From: an uncultured Gemmatimonadaceae bacterium
GTDB lineage: Bacteria; Gemmatimonadota; Gemmatimonadetes; Gemmatimonadales; GWC2-71-9
Direction: 5' to 3'
Assembly (NCBI GenBank): GCA_964348295.1
Contig: CAYGBV010000064.1
Span: forward strand, 91,739 to 155,738
Length of the DNA: 64,000 bases
The notes beneath the pieces were generated by a model. The model was not told the DNA's origin and ran no database searches. It was given only the letters and a program-made list of their open reading frames with translations. A program made the position numbers and the translations under genes. How positions within the stretch are numbered: position 1 is the first letter of the stretch; the number at the start of each line of letters is the position of its first letter. Below, piece after piece: positions 19,154 to 29,400 of the stretch.

Positions 19154-19414
19154 ATGCACGAGATGAGCATCGCGATGGAGGTGTGTAGCATCGCGGAAGA
19201 CCACGTGCCCCGAGAGCAACTGGGGAACGTGGTCGAGGTGGGGCTCGAAGTGGGCGACCGTGCCGGAGTCGAGGTAGACAGCCTGCAGTTCTGCCTAGAG
19301 GTGCTCCTTACCTCCCCGCCATTTCGCGCCGCCAAACCGGTCATCGAGCGCGTCGCGGGGGACGTGCTAAGGGTGAGCTACCTGGAGGTCGACGATGGCC
19401 GTCCGGACGATTGA
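19154..19414 (+). CDS. hypA: HypA-like hydrogenase nickel-insertion protein, short form lacking the zinc-finger domain
   Basis: N-terminal MHE nickel-binding signature (MHEMSIAMEVC...) and the conserved SLQFCLEVL region. It is 86 aa with none of the four Cys of the CxxC...CxxC zinc site. It sits directly upstream of hypB. Confidence 0.7.
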   Translation: MHEMSIAMEVCSIAEDHVPREQLGNVVEVGLEVGDRAGVEVDSLQFCLEVLLTSPPFRAAKPVIERVAGDVLRVSYLEVDDGRPDD

Positions 19415-20066
19415 GGTCCGCGAGCGGGTGATGGCGAAGAACGACGAGCTGGCGGCCGAGGTGCGGCGCCGGCTCGCCGAGGCCCGGGTACCCGCGTTCA
19501 ATCTCGTGTCCTCGCCCGGGGCCGGGAAGACACTCTTGCTGGAGCGGACGCTCCAGGACCTCGGCTCCAGGGTGCGCATCGCCGTGGTTACGGGCGACGT
19601 GCAGACCCAGAACGACGCCGACCGGCTGAGCCGGCACACCGACCAACTGGTGCAGGCCGTCGTTACCGGAGGCGCCTGCCACTTGGACGCGCGGCAGGTC
19701 ACGGCGGCGCTCGAGCAGATCGACCTCGGCGCCACCGGCCTCGTGTTCATCGAGAACGTGGGGAACCTGGTGTGTCCGGCGAGCTGGGACTTGGGCGAGA
19801 CGGCGAAGCTGGTCCTGTTCTCCACCACGGAGGGAGAGGACAAGCCGGTCAAGTACCCGAAGATGTTCCAGCAGTCCAGCCACGTCGTGTTCACCAAAGT
19901 CGACCTGCTGCCGCACCTGACCTTCGACATTGGGAGGGCCCAGCAATATGCCCGGGAGGTGAACCCGGACCTGGAGTTCCTGTTCACTTCCGCTCGCACG
20001 GGTGAGGGGCTCGACACCTGGTACGCGTTCCTCGAGGAGCGCGTTGCAGAGGCAAAGCGGGCGTGA
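19395..20066 (+). CDS. hypB: HypB hydrogenase nickel-incorporation GTPase
   Basis: Motifs SSPGAGKTLLLE (P-loop), TGDVQTQNDADRL, ENVGNLVCPASWDLGE and FTKVDLLPH. ATG 19395 follows GGAGGT and overlaps the hypA 3' end by 20 nt. Confidence 0.9.
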   Translation: MAVRTIEVRERVMAKNDELAAEVRRRLAEARVPAFNLVSSPGAGKTLLLERTLQDLGSRVRIAVVTGDVQTQNDADRLSRHTDQLVQAVVTGGACHLDARQVTAALEQIDLGATGLVFIENVGNLVCPASWDLGETAKLVLFSTTEGEDKPVKYPKMFQQSSHVVFTKVDLLPHLTFDIGRAQQYAREVNPDLEFLFTSARTGEGLDTWYAFLEERVAEAKRA

Positions 20067-22369
20067 CCGCCAAGGCCGCCGCCGAGCACGAGGCGCTGCG
20101 CCTCAGCGTGACCGGGGTGGTGCAGGGGGTGGGGTTCCGTCCGTTCGTGCACCGCCTCGCCATGGAGCACGGGCTCGGTGGGTGGGTGCGGAACGAGGCG
20201 GGCGAGGTCCAGATCGAGATCGAGGGTCCCTCGCGCGAGGTGCGGGCCTTTCTGCAGGACTTGGTCGCGAAGGCTCCGCCGCTGGCGCGCATCGATTCGC
20301 TCGACGTGACGCCGGCCGAGCCGGCGTTTGCCCCCGAGTTCCGCATCGTGCAGAGCGTGGACCAACCCGACCGGCGGCAACCCGTGTCGCCCGACGTGGC
20401 GCTGTGTGCCGCGTGCGAGGCAGAGCTGTTCCGTTCGGATGACCGCCGCTACCGCTACCCGTTCATCACCTGCACCGACTGCGGTCCGCGCTTCACGGTG
20501 ATCGAGTCGATGCCGTACGACCGCGAACGCACCAGCATGCGGGTGTTTCGACAGTGCGACGAGTGCCTGCGGGAGTATCGTACGCCGCTCGACCGCCGCT
20601 ACCACTCGGAGAGCAACAGCTGCCCCGAGTGCGGGCCGCGGGTGTGGCTCGAGCCGGCGGCCGGCGCGGGCGCGACAGCGGAGAGTGCGCAGGCGTTGGA
20701 GCGGGCCGCGGCGGAGCTCGAGGCCGGGCGCATCGTCGCCATCCGCGGTCTGGGCGGCTTTCACCTGGCGGTGGATGCGACTAGCGACGAGGCTGTGGGC
20801 CGTCTGCGGCAGCGCAAGCTGCGCGAGGCCAAGCCGCTAGCGGTCATGGTGCGCACGCTTGAGGACGCGCGCCGGCTCGGTGAGGTGGGACCCGTGGAGG
20901 AGATGCTGCTCACCTCGCGGGAGCGGCCCATCGTGCTGCTGCGGACGCTGACGGATGCGGACCTGGCGCCGTCGGTGGCACCGGGGCTCGACACGGTCGG
21001 CGTGATGACGGCTTACACGCCGCTGCACCAGCTGCTGCTCGACCTGGTGCGGCGCCCCCTGGTGATGACGAGCGGCAACCTGAGCGAGGAGCCCATCGCC
21101 ACCGCCAACGACGATGCACGGCAGCGGCTGGGTGAGATCGCCGACACCTTCCTGCTGCACGACCGTGACATAGTCGCCCGCTACGACGACTCGGTGGTGC
21201 GGATCGCGGACGGCGCACCCCTGTTCCTCAGGCGCGCCCGCGGCTACGCGCCGCTCCCGGTGGAGCTGCCGCTGGAAACGCCCCGGCCTCTCGTGGCCGT
21301 CGGGCCGCACCTCAAGAACACCTTCGCGCTGGCGCACGGGCGCACCGCCTACGTGAGCCAGCACGTCGGCGACCTGGAGAACCTGGAGACGCTGGAGCAC
21401 TTCCAGGCTTCGCTTGCGGCGTTCAAGCGGCTGTTCCGCATCGAGCCCGAGGTGGCGGTGCGGGACATGCACCCGGGGTATCTGTCGACCCGGGTCGCGG
21501 CGGAGCTGGGTCTGGAGGAGACGCTCGTGGTGCAGCATCACCACGCGCACGCCGCGGCGGTCGCGGCGGAGTACGGTGTGACCGACCCCGTCATCGGCGT
21601 GTCCTACGACGGCACCGGCTACGGCGACGACGGCGCGGTGTGGGGTGCGGAGATCCTGGTGGCTGATCTCTCTGGCTACGAGCGCCGCTGCCAGCTGCGC
21701 TACGTGCCGCTCCCGGGTGGCGACCTGGCGGTGCGGCGTCCCTGGCGGGTGGCCCTGGGGTACCTGTCACTCGAGCCCGGGGCGGAGGCGGCGTTTGCGC
21801 GGGCGTTCGCGGAGGTGGAGATTGCTGAACGCTCTCTCGCCGAGCAGCAGATCGAGCGCCGTCTCAACGCGCCCCTGGCGTCCAGCATGGGGCGGCTGTT
21901 CGATGCGGCGGCTGCGGTCCTGGGCACGCGTCGGGTGGCGTATTACGAGGGCCAGGCCGCGATGGAGCTCGAGGCGCTGGCCGGCAGGGGACGCGCCAAG
22001 CCGCTGCCGTTCCCCGTGGTGGATACGGCCGATGGGAAGTGTCTGTTCGACCCGCTCCCCCTGCTGGTGGCGCTCGGCGAGCGGTGCGCAGCGGGAGACG
22101 ACGTCTCCGATCTGGCAGCGCGGTTCCACGAGAGCGTAGCCAGGGCGACGGGCGTCGCCGTGCAGCGGCTGGCGGAAGCCACAGGCCTCTCCACGGTGAC
22201 ATTGGGTGGGGGGGTGTTCCAGAACGCGCGGCTTCTCGCCGCGGTGCGGGCACTGCTCGAGGAGAGCCGCTTCCGAGTGCTCGTCCCGCGGCGTCTGAGC
22301 CCGAACGATGGTGCCATCAGCTACGGCCAGGCGGCCGTCGCTGCCACGTTGATGCAGCGGAGGACCTGA
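20063..22369 (+). CDS. hypF: HypF carbamoyltransferase
   Basis: Acylphosphatase motif VTGVVQGVGFRPFV. Two zinc-finger pairs (CAACEAE...CTDCGPRF and CDECLREY...CPECGPR). YrdC-like IRGLGGFHLAVDA and a Kae1-like C-terminal half. The GTG start overlaps the hypB stop (GTGA). Confidence 0.92.
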   Translation: MTAKAAAEHEALRLSVTGVVQGVGFRPFVHRLAMEHGLGGWVRNEAGEVQIEIEGPSREVRAFLQDLVAKAPPLARIDSLDVTPAEPAFAPEFRIVQSVDQPDRRQPVSPDVALCAACEAELFRSDDRRYRYPFITCTDCGPRFTVIESMPYDRERTSMRVFRQCDECLREYRTPLDRRYHSESNSCPECGPRVWLEPAAGAGATAESAQALERAAAELEAGRIVAIRGLGGFHLAVDATSDEAVGRLRQRKLREAKPLAVMVRTLEDARRLGEVGPVEEMLLTSRERPIVLLRTLTDADLAPSVAPGLDTVGVMTAYTPLHQLLLDLVRRPLVMTSGNLSEEPIATANDDARQRLGEIADTFLLHDRDIVARYDDSVVRIADGAPLFLRRARGYAPLPVELPLETPRPLVAVGPHLKNTFALAHGRTAYVSQHVGDLENLETLEHFQASLAAFKRLFRIEPEVAVRDMHPGYLSTRVAAELGLEETLVVQHHHAHAAAVAAEYGVTDPVIGVSYDGTGYGDDGAVWGAEILVADLSGYERRCQLRYVPLPGGDLAVRRPWRVALGYLSLEPGAEAAFARAFAEVEIAERSLAEQQIERRLNAPLASSMGRLFDAAAAVLGTRRVAYYEGQAAMELEALAGRGRAKPLPFPVVDTADGKCLFDPLPLLVALGERCAAGDDVSDLAARFHESVARATGVAVQRLAEATGLSTVTLGGGVFQNARLLAAVRALLEESRFRVLVPRRLSPNDGAISYGQAAVAATLMQRRT

Positions 22370-22665
22370 TGTGCCTTGGCATTCCCGGTCGAATCATTGA
22401 GATCAACCGCGAGGGCAGTCTGCCGATGGGAATCGTCGATTTCGGCGGGGTGAAGCGGGAGGTGTGTCTCGCCTACCTCGCCGAGGAAGTCGACGTGGGC
22501 GACTACGCCATCGTGCACGTCGGCTTCGCGATCTCGAAGGTCGACGAGGAGGAAGCCAAGCGCACCTTCGAGATCCTCAAGGAGATGAGCGAGCTGGACG
22601 AGCTAGAGTGGCTGAAGGAGGTGGCGGAGAAGAGCCTGGGGACGGGACAGGCCGACGCGTCGTGA
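22369..22665 (+). CDS. hypC: HypC/HupF-family hydrogenase assembly chaperone
   Basis: Starts [11 protein letters not shown] (essential Cys2). The ATG overlaps the hypF TGA (ATGA). The track ORF 22039.. is an upstream extension inside hypF. Confidence 0.9.
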   Translation: MCLGIPGRIIEINREGSLPMGIVDFGGVKREVCLAYLAEEVDVGDYAIVHVGFAISKVDEEEAKRTFEILKEMSELDELEWLKEVAEKSLGTGQADAS

Positions 22666-23771
22666 AGTACCTCAGCGAGTACCGTGACGGCAAGATCGCA
22701 CGCGGCCTGGCCGACGAGATCCGTCGGACCGCCACGCGCCAGTGGGTGCTGATGGAGGTGTGCGGCGGGCAGACCCACACTATCGTGAAGCAGGGCATCG
22801 ACGAGCTGGTGGGCGATGCAGTGGAGATGATCCACGGTCCTGGCTGCCCCGTGTGCGTGACCCCGCTCGAGCAGATCGACCGCGCCATGGCGCTGGCGTC
22901 CCGCCCCGACGTGATCTTCAGCTCCTTCGGCGACATGCTGCGAGTGCCTGGGAGCGACTGCGATCTGTTCCAGATCCGCGCCCGGGGCGGCGACGTGCGG
23001 GTGGTGTACTCGCCGCTCGACGCCCTGGAGCTGGCCAAGCGGTACCCCGACAAGCAGGTCGTGTTCTTCGCCGTGGGGTTCGAGACGACGGCGCCGGCCA
23101 ACGCCATGGCCGTGTGGCGGGCCAGGGAGCTGGGCATCGAGAACTTCAGCGCGCTCGTGTCGCACGTGACCGTTCCGCCCGCCATGGTGGCTCTGCTCGA
23201 GTCGTCCGACAACCGCGTGCAGGGATTCCTCGCGGCCGGGCACGTGTGCACGGTCATGGGATGGACCGAATACGAGCCGCTCGCCCACAAGTACAAGGTG
23301 CCGATCGTGGTCACCGGTTTCGAGCCGCTGGACCTGCTCGAGGGCATCCTCATGGCGGTGAAGCAGCTAGAGGCAGGGCGCCACGAGGTGCAGAACCAGT
23401 ACGTGCGCTCGGTCAGGCGGGAGGGGAACCGCCCGGCGCAGGAGCTGGTGCAGAAAGTGTTCCGACTGGTGGACCGCCAGTGGCGCGGGATCGGCACTAT
23501 CCCGTCGAGCGGCCTGGCGCTCAGACCCGAGTTCGCCGACTACGACGCGGAGATCCGGTTCGGCCTGCAGGACGTAACTGCGGAGGAGTCGGAGGAGTGC
23601 CATGCCGGAGACGTGCTGCGCGGCAAGCTCAGGCCCAACGAATGCCCCGCTTTCGGCACTAAGTGCACGCCCGAGCGGCCGCTCGGCGCGCCCATGGTCT
23701 CCTCGGAGGGCGCCTGCGCGGCCTACTACAACTACGGCCGCTTCCGTCAGACCACGGGACCCGAGGTGTAG
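22662..23771 (+). CDS. hypD: HypD hydrogenase Fe(CN)2CO-assembly protein
   Basis: Motifs [30 protein letters not shown] and the C-terminal CHAGDVLRG...[28 protein letters not shown] 22662 overlaps the hypC stop. Confidence 0.9.
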   Translation: MKYLSEYRDGKIARGLADEIRRTATRQWVLMEVCGGQTHTIVKQGIDELVGDAVEMIHGPGCPVCVTPLEQIDRAMALASRPDVIFSSFGDMLRVPGSDCDLFQIRARGGDVRVVYSPLDALELAKRYPDKQVVFFAVGFETTAPANAMAVWRARELGIENFSALVSHVTVPPAMVALLESSDNRVQGFLAAGHVCTVMGWTEYEPLAHKYKVPIVVTGFEPLDLLEGILMAVKQLEAGRHEVQNQYVRSVRREGNRPAQELVQKVFRLVDRQWRGIGTIPSSGLALRPEFADYDAEIRFGLQDVTAEESEECHAGDVLRGKLRPNECPAFGTKCTPERPLGAPMVSSEGACAAYYNYGRFRQTTGPEV

Positions 23772-23772
23772 C

Positions 23773-24837
23773 GTGGACGAGACGCACTCGCTGTCCCAAG
23801 GCCTCCACTGTCCCGCCCCGCTCACACAGTACGACCGCGTGCAGTTGGGACACGGCTCCGGTGGCAAGATGAGTGCCGCGCTCCTGCGGGAGCGGTTTCT
23901 CCCGCTCTTCGCCAACGAGGCGCTCGCGCAATTGGGCGACGCAGCCGTGGTGGACATCGCCGCCGACCGGCTCGCGATCTCCACCGACACCTTCGTGGTA
24001 CGGCCCCTGGAGTTTCCGGGTGGGAACATCGGCTCGCTCGCAGTTCACGGCACCCTCAACGACGTCGCGATGATGGGCGCGCGGCCGCGCTACCTCACAG
24101 CGGGATTCGTGCTGGAGGAGGGGCTGGCTTTCGACTTGTTGGACCGGATCGTCCAGGCGATGGCCGGCGCTGCGAGAGAGGCAGACATCCCGCTCATCGC
24201 TGGCGATACCAAGGTGGTAGAGCGCGGCAAGGCCGACGGCGTGTTTATCAACACCACGGGGGTCGGCGAGCTGGACCCCGACTTCGCGCCCGCGCCGGAG
24301 CGCGCGCAGGCGGAAGACGCTGTGATCGTGAGCGGGCCGATCGGACGGCACGGCATCGCGGTCATGGCAGTGCGGGAGGGGCTCGAGTTCGAGGTCGAGA
24401 TCGAGAGCGACTCCGCCAACCTCTGCCCTCTCGTGGAGAACCTGCGGTGGCGCGTGGGGGGCGCCGTGCACGTGCTGCGCGATCCCACCCGCGGCGGGCT
24501 GGCCAGCGCGCTCAACGAGATCGCCGCCGCGGCGCAGGTAGGGGTGGAGCTACGGGAGGAAGGGCTTCCGATCCCCGGTCCCGTGCTGGCCGCGTGCGAG
24601 ATCCTGGGCTTCGATCCGCTCTACGTTGCGAACGAAGGGATCCTGGTGGCGTTCGTGGAGGCGTCGCGTGCGCAGGATGCCGTGGAGGCGCTGCGGCAGC
24701 ATCCGGTCGGAGAGGGTGCCACAGTGGTCGGGAAGGTGGTCGAGGACCACCCCGGGATCGTTGCCCTCAAGACCCGCATCGGTGGGACGCGAGTGGTGGA
24801 CATGCTGCCGGGAGATCAGCTACCCCGCATCTGTTGA
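23773..24837 (+). CDS. hypE: HypE carbamoyl dehydratase
   Basis: PurM-like fold motifs (LGHGSGGKM, DTFVVRPLEFPGGNIG, GDTKVV) and the C-terminal PRIC. GTG 23773 lies 1 nt after the hypD stop. Confidence 0.9.
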   Translation: MDETHSLSQGLHCPAPLTQYDRVQLGHGSGGKMSAALLRERFLPLFANEALAQLGDAAVVDIAADRLAISTDTFVVRPLEFPGGNIGSLAVHGTLNDVAMMGARPRYLTAGFVLEEGLAFDLLDRIVQAMAGAAREADIPLIAGDTKVVERGKADGVFINTTGVGELDPDFAPAPERAQAEDAVIVSGPIGRHGIAVMAVREGLEFEVEIESDSANLCPLVENLRWRVGGAVHVLRDPTRGGLASALNEIAAAAQVGVELREEGLPIPGPVLAACEILGFDPLYVANEGILVAFVEASRAQDAVEALRQHPVGEGATVVGKVVEDHPGIVALKTRIGGTRVVDMLPGDQLPRIC

Positions 24838-24958
24838 TCACCGCTGATCAGAAGCATCTTTCGTGATGGTCTCCTCCCATTTGCCGGACCCACAACGGCC
24901 TGACGTCGCACGCCCTTCGTAATGCGACGACATTACTCCAGTATCTCCAGGTAATACG

Positions 24959-25006
24959 CACAAACTTCATCCTTTATACCGCAGCAATTAACACAAACTT
25001 CATCCT
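24959..25006. promoter_or_regulatory. two perfect 15-bp direct repeats CACAAACTTCATCCT (24959-24973, 24992-25006; 33-bp period) in an AT-rich intergenic region between hypE and the hydrogenase structural operon
   Basis: Read directly from the sequence. This is the locally lowest-GC stretch I noticed in the window. The flanking GTAATG/CATTAC/GTAATA inverted motifs lie at 24919-24956. Confidence 0.45.
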
Positions 25007-25338
25007 CTTTTCATGCGTCGCTTGAGAGGGTGGCGAACGAGCGCGAGTAAGACGGCTCCGCCGACGGCCTCCCGGCCCCGCCGCCAGAGCGACGCCCCTC
25101 CAGAGGACGCCCACCGACGACGAGACGGTTGACCGCCGACGCGAGTCCACGGTTGCGAGGCTGGGGGGACCTTGGGCTTGCTTGCGACTTCTTGCACCCG
25201 TCTGAAGCTCCCGAGACGCGTCGCCCGCCCTACGGCGCTCGGTGGTGTCTTACGCCCTGATCGAAATCCCGACGGTGAGCCCCTCGGAGTAGCACGCCCG
25301 CACCATGGCGGCGCACCCTCCTCGCCCGTGGCGGTGCA

Positions 25339-26496
25339 ATGCCCGTGAAGAGTGACCCCACGCTACTGGCCGAGATTCGCCAGTACGGTGCGTTCGACAC
25401 CAGCGCTTGCTACCAGTGCGGCAGCTGCACGATCACCTGCAACTTCGCGGACGAGTCGGCCTCCTTTCCTCGTATGCCGATCCGGTATGCGCTCTTGGGA
25501 TTGCGAGAGCCGGTGCTCGCCAGCTTGGACCCATGGCTGTGTTACTACTGCGGCGATTGCTCGACGACCTGCCCGCGGGAGGCCGAACCAGCGGAAGCCA
25601 TGATGACACTCCGCCGCTATCTGGCGACCCAGTACGATTGGACCGGGCTCGCCTCGGCCATCTTCCGCTCCCGGGTGTGGGGCATCGGCGCGCACGTCGC
25701 GGTCGGTGCACTCGTGCTCCTGCTGGCGCTGCTCTATCACCTCTATGTCGTTCGGCTGACAGTCTCTGAACTCGTCTCGTTGCCGCTCGGCATGGGCCAC
25801 ATGTTCGACACGATCACGATCTTCACGCGGTCGGTCTTTGTCGTCGCCCTGCTCCTCTTGCTATCCAACGCGGGCCGGATGTACTGGCTCACGATGCACC
25901 GTACACCGGCGGTGCGCGTACCGTTGTCCCTGTATTTAGTGGAACTCAAGACTTTCGTGGTGCACGCGCTTACACAGCGCCGTTTTCGCGAGTGCCTTGA
26001 CCGGGGCCGTTGGATCAAGCACATGGCCCTGGCTGCAGGCTGCATTGTGATGTTCGTGCTAGTGGTGTTCTTCCTGAAGTGGTTTCAGACGGACAACCTC
26101 TACCCGATCTACCACCCCCAGCGGTGGATCGGCTATCTGGCGGCTGGTGCCCTGATCTATGTGAGCGGCGACATGCTGCTCGGCCGCGCTCGCAAACGCG
26201 ATGAGGCACAGAGGTTCTCTGCTCACACCGACTGGATCCTGCCGATACTCCTGCTGCTGACTGCTGTGACCGGAGTTGCGGTCCACGCGTTTCGCTATCT
26301 CGAGTTCTCCCTTGTTGCCCATTTCACATATGCCGTTCACCTGGCCGTCGTAGTTCCACTGCTCGTCGTGGAGATGCCATTTGGCAAGTGGAGTCATGTG
26401 ATCTACCGGCCTTTCGCGGTTTACCTGCACGCCGTCAAACAGAAGGCCCTGGAAAGACGGCCGGCGGAGGCACCTGTTGCAGCAAGTGTCGGGTAG
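25339..26496 (+). CDS. fusion of an HdrC-like 2x[4Fe-4S] domain with a 6-TM NarI/HdrE/DsrM-like membrane (cytochrome b-type) domain
   Basis: Two Cys motifs at the N-terminus: CYQCGSCTITC (Cx2Cx2Cx3C) and CYYCGDCSTTCP (Cx2Cx2Cx3CP). About six hydrophobic helices follow, with His residues in them, then a terminal MPFGKWSHVIYRP motif like NarI-family proteins. Confidence 0.7.
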   Translation: MPVKSDPTLLAEIRQYGAFDTSACYQCGSCTITCNFADESASFPRMPIRYALLGLREPVLASLDPWLCYYCGDCSTTCPREAEPAEAMMTLRRYLATQYDWTGLASAIFRSRVWGIGAHVAVGALVLLLALLYHLYVVRLTVSELVSLPLGMGHMFDTITIFTRSVFVVALLLLLSNAGRMYWLTMHRTPAVRVPLSLYLVELKTFVVHALTQRRFRECLDRGRWIKHMALAAGCIVMFVLVVFFLKWFQTDNLYPIYHPQRWIGYLAAGALIYVSGDMLLGRARKRDEAQRFSAHTDWILPILLLLTAVTGVAVHAFRYLEFSLVAHFTYAVHLAVVVPLLVVEMPFGKWSHVIYRPFAVYLHAVKQKALERRPAEAPVAASVG

Positions 26497-29400
26497 CACC
26501 TCGCCTTCCCCGACGGGTGCGGCACTCGTTGTCGGCGGCGGCATTGGGGGCATGCAGGCCGCGCTCGACTTGGCCGCGTGCGGGATAAAGGTCTATCTGG
26601 TTGAGAGCAAGCCGTCCATCGGCGGCGCCATGTCTCAGCTGGACAAGACGTTTCCCACCAACGACTGCGCCATGTGCACGATGGCGCCAAGACTCGTCGA
26701 GATCGGGCGAAACAAGGACATCCAAATCCTCACGCTGTCGGACGTGGAGCGCGTCACTGGAGAACCGGGCAACTTCACCGTGACGGTGCGAAAGCGAGCA
26801 CGGTACGTTGACGAGACGATATGCACTGGCTGTGGGGCCTGCCAAGAGGTGTGCCCGATCAATGTTCGTGATGAGTACAACAAGGACCTAGTAGAAACGA
26901 CGGCAATCTCTAGAAGGTATCCCCAGGCCATCCCGAATACCTTTGCCATCCAGAAGCTGGGCCAATCGCCTTGTCGGCATGCATGTCCTGCCGGGCAAAG
27001 AGTGCAAGGCTACGTCGCGTTGATCCGGCAACGGCGCTATGAAGATGCTTATCACGTGATCCTGCGTGACAATCCGTTCCCATCGGTTTGTGGCCGGGCG
27101 TGCAGGCATTACTGCGAGGACGTGTGCACGCGCCGGCGTGTGGATGCGCCGGTTTCGATCATGCAACTGAAGAGGTTCGTCGCCGATTGGGCCTACGACA
27201 GGAAGCTGAGCCGCAGGGCCCCGGCAGGCGGCGAGGCCAACGAAAAGAGCAACGGCAAGCGTGTTGCGGTCGTCGGCGCAGGACCGGCGGGGTTGACGGC
27301 AGCACGAGACCTGAGTGACCTGGGGTACTCGGTGACCGTCTTCGAGGCGGCCGCGGAGCCGGGTGGCATGATGCGGTACGGCATACCGGAATTCCGGCTG
27401 CCGAGGGAGCGATTGCAGTGGGATATACAGAACCTCCTGTCGGATCGCATCCGGTTGGAAACGAATCACCGAATTGAGAACATCGACGAGCTGCTCGATG
27501 AGGGCTATGGTGCTGTCTTCATCGCAGCGGGGGCGGACGTCGGCAAGAGACTCCACATCGTCGGGAGCGATCTGCCAGATGTGCTCCTTGGGACGGACTT
27601 CCTTCGAGAGGTAGCTCAGGGCGAGAGCGTAACGGTCAAACCACGAGTGCTGGTGCTTGGCGGTGGGAGGGTGGCGCTGGATGCGGCCCGCACCGCTATC
27701 CGGCTGGGTGCGGAGGTCGCGCGGCTTGCGTGCCTGGAGTCACGCAACCAGATGCCGGCCGATCTGTGGGAAATTGAGGACGCCGAATCCGACGGCGTCA
27801 CGATCTTCCCGTCCCGCTCCTTTCTCGAGATCACTTCCGAGAACGGCAGGGTCACCGGTGTTCGTTGCGTGAAGGTTCGGTTTCACGGTTTCGATGAGCA
27901 CGGCAAACCGGATGTCGAGGTGATCGGGGGTACGGCGCATACGATCGAGGCTGACACCGTGATCTTCGCAGTGGGCCAGGCGCCAGACTTACCGTTTCGC
28001 GATGCAGAACTTGAAGTCACGAAGTCCGGCACCATCAGGGCTGACGAGCATACCCTGGCAACGCCTAAGCCGGGTGTCTTTGCCGGGGGCGACGTGGTCA
28101 CGGGGACGAATACCATAGTCGATGCCGTTGCCGCCGGTCACCGGGCAGCTCGGTCGATCGATCTATTCCTGCGAGGCAAGAGGCTGGAGCAGATTGCGGC
28201 GCCTGCAGTCCCGGTAGAGTTGACGGACGATCAGATAGCGGACCGGGTGACGAGCAAGAGGGCTCGGCGGCTCTCGACGGTCGTACCGGTGGATGCACGG
28301 GAGCGCGGTTTCGCGGAGTTCCGCCAGGGGTACTCTGAGGAGGAGGCCGTGCAGGAGGCGAATCGCTGCCTTCAGTGTGGTATCTGCTCCGAGTGCCTGC
28401 TCTGCAAAGACGTCTGCGAGGTCGGCGCGATCGACCATGACATGCCGCCGGAGGAGCTGGTGGAACTCCAGGTCGGCGCGATCATTCTGTCGCCAGGCTA
28501 TGAGCTCTTCGACGCCAGGTCCAAGGAAGAGTTGGGCTACGGCCGCTATCCCAATGTCATAACGGCTCTCGAGTTTGAGCGCATTCTGTCCGCGTCGGGC
28601 CCAACATCGGGCAGTGTCGTACGGCCGTCGGACCGCACCACCCCAAAGCGCGTGGCGTTCATCCAGTGCGTGGGCTCACGGGACGCCGAACGAGACTATT
28701 GCTCCGCGGTATGCTGCATGTATGCCACGAAGGAGGCGGTCGTCGCCAAGGAGCATGTCGGTGACGATCTGCAATGTGATGTCTTCTTCATGGACATGCG
28801 TGCGTTCGGTAAGGGGTTCGAGGAGTACTATCAACGAGCACGCGACCTCGGGGTCAACTACATACGCTGCCGCCCACCGTCGGTCGAGGAGGTACCTGGG
28901 AGCAGGAATCTCCGAGTCACCTTCCTCACGGAAGCCGACCGCAAGGTCTCTGCCGAGTATGACTTGGTGGTTCTGTCCGTGGGCATCCAACCACCCAAGG
29001 CCGCGCCCCGCATCGCGGACGCCTGTGGCGTTGCGTTGGGCGAGTTCAACTTCTGCCGCACATCGCCCTTCAGGCCGGTGGACTCGTCCCGGCGCGGAGT
29101 GTACGTGGCGGGGCCCTTTACGGACCCGAAGGACATCCCGGAGACCGTCATGCAGGCCTCGGGCGCGGCGTGCAAGGCGCTAGGACTGCTGCGAGATGCC
29201 AGAGGGAGTCTGATCGTCCCGACGAGCTATCCGCCGGAGAAAGATGTCCGAGGCCAAGAGCCGAGAATCGGCGTGTTTGTCTGTCACTGCGGGAAGAATA
29301 TCGCGTCCGTCGTGGATGTACAGCAGGTAGTCGAGTATGCGCTAACCCTGCTGAATGTCGTGTACGCGGAGCACAGCCTGTACACGTGCTCCAACGATAC

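Noticed and set aside
22039-22368. Upstream part of the 208-aa ORF that contains HypC
   Set aside because: It lies inside hypF in a different frame. HypC must begin with MCxGxP, which is the ATG at 22369.
24848-25003. Two minus-strand mini-ORFs created by the 15-bp direct repeats (AGGATGAAGTTTGTG...: MKFVLIAAV* at 24974-25003 and a 40-codon MKFVRITWRYW... at 24848-24970)
   Set aside because: Their codon usage (AGA, TTA, CGA, AGT, AAT) is unlike every confident gene here, and the second runs head-on into the hypE terminus. I kept them only as a caveat to the regulatory-repeat interpretation; Ribo-seq could revive them.
24959-25006. Possible mini-CRISPR
   Set aside because: There are only two 15-bp repeats, far shorter than CRISPR repeats, and no cas genes in the window.
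25172-25187. Sigma-54-like string TTGGGCTTGCTTGCGA upstream of the structural operon
   Set aside because: The GG and GC elements are not at the required GG-N10-GC spacing, and TGGCAC/TTGC are poorly matched.
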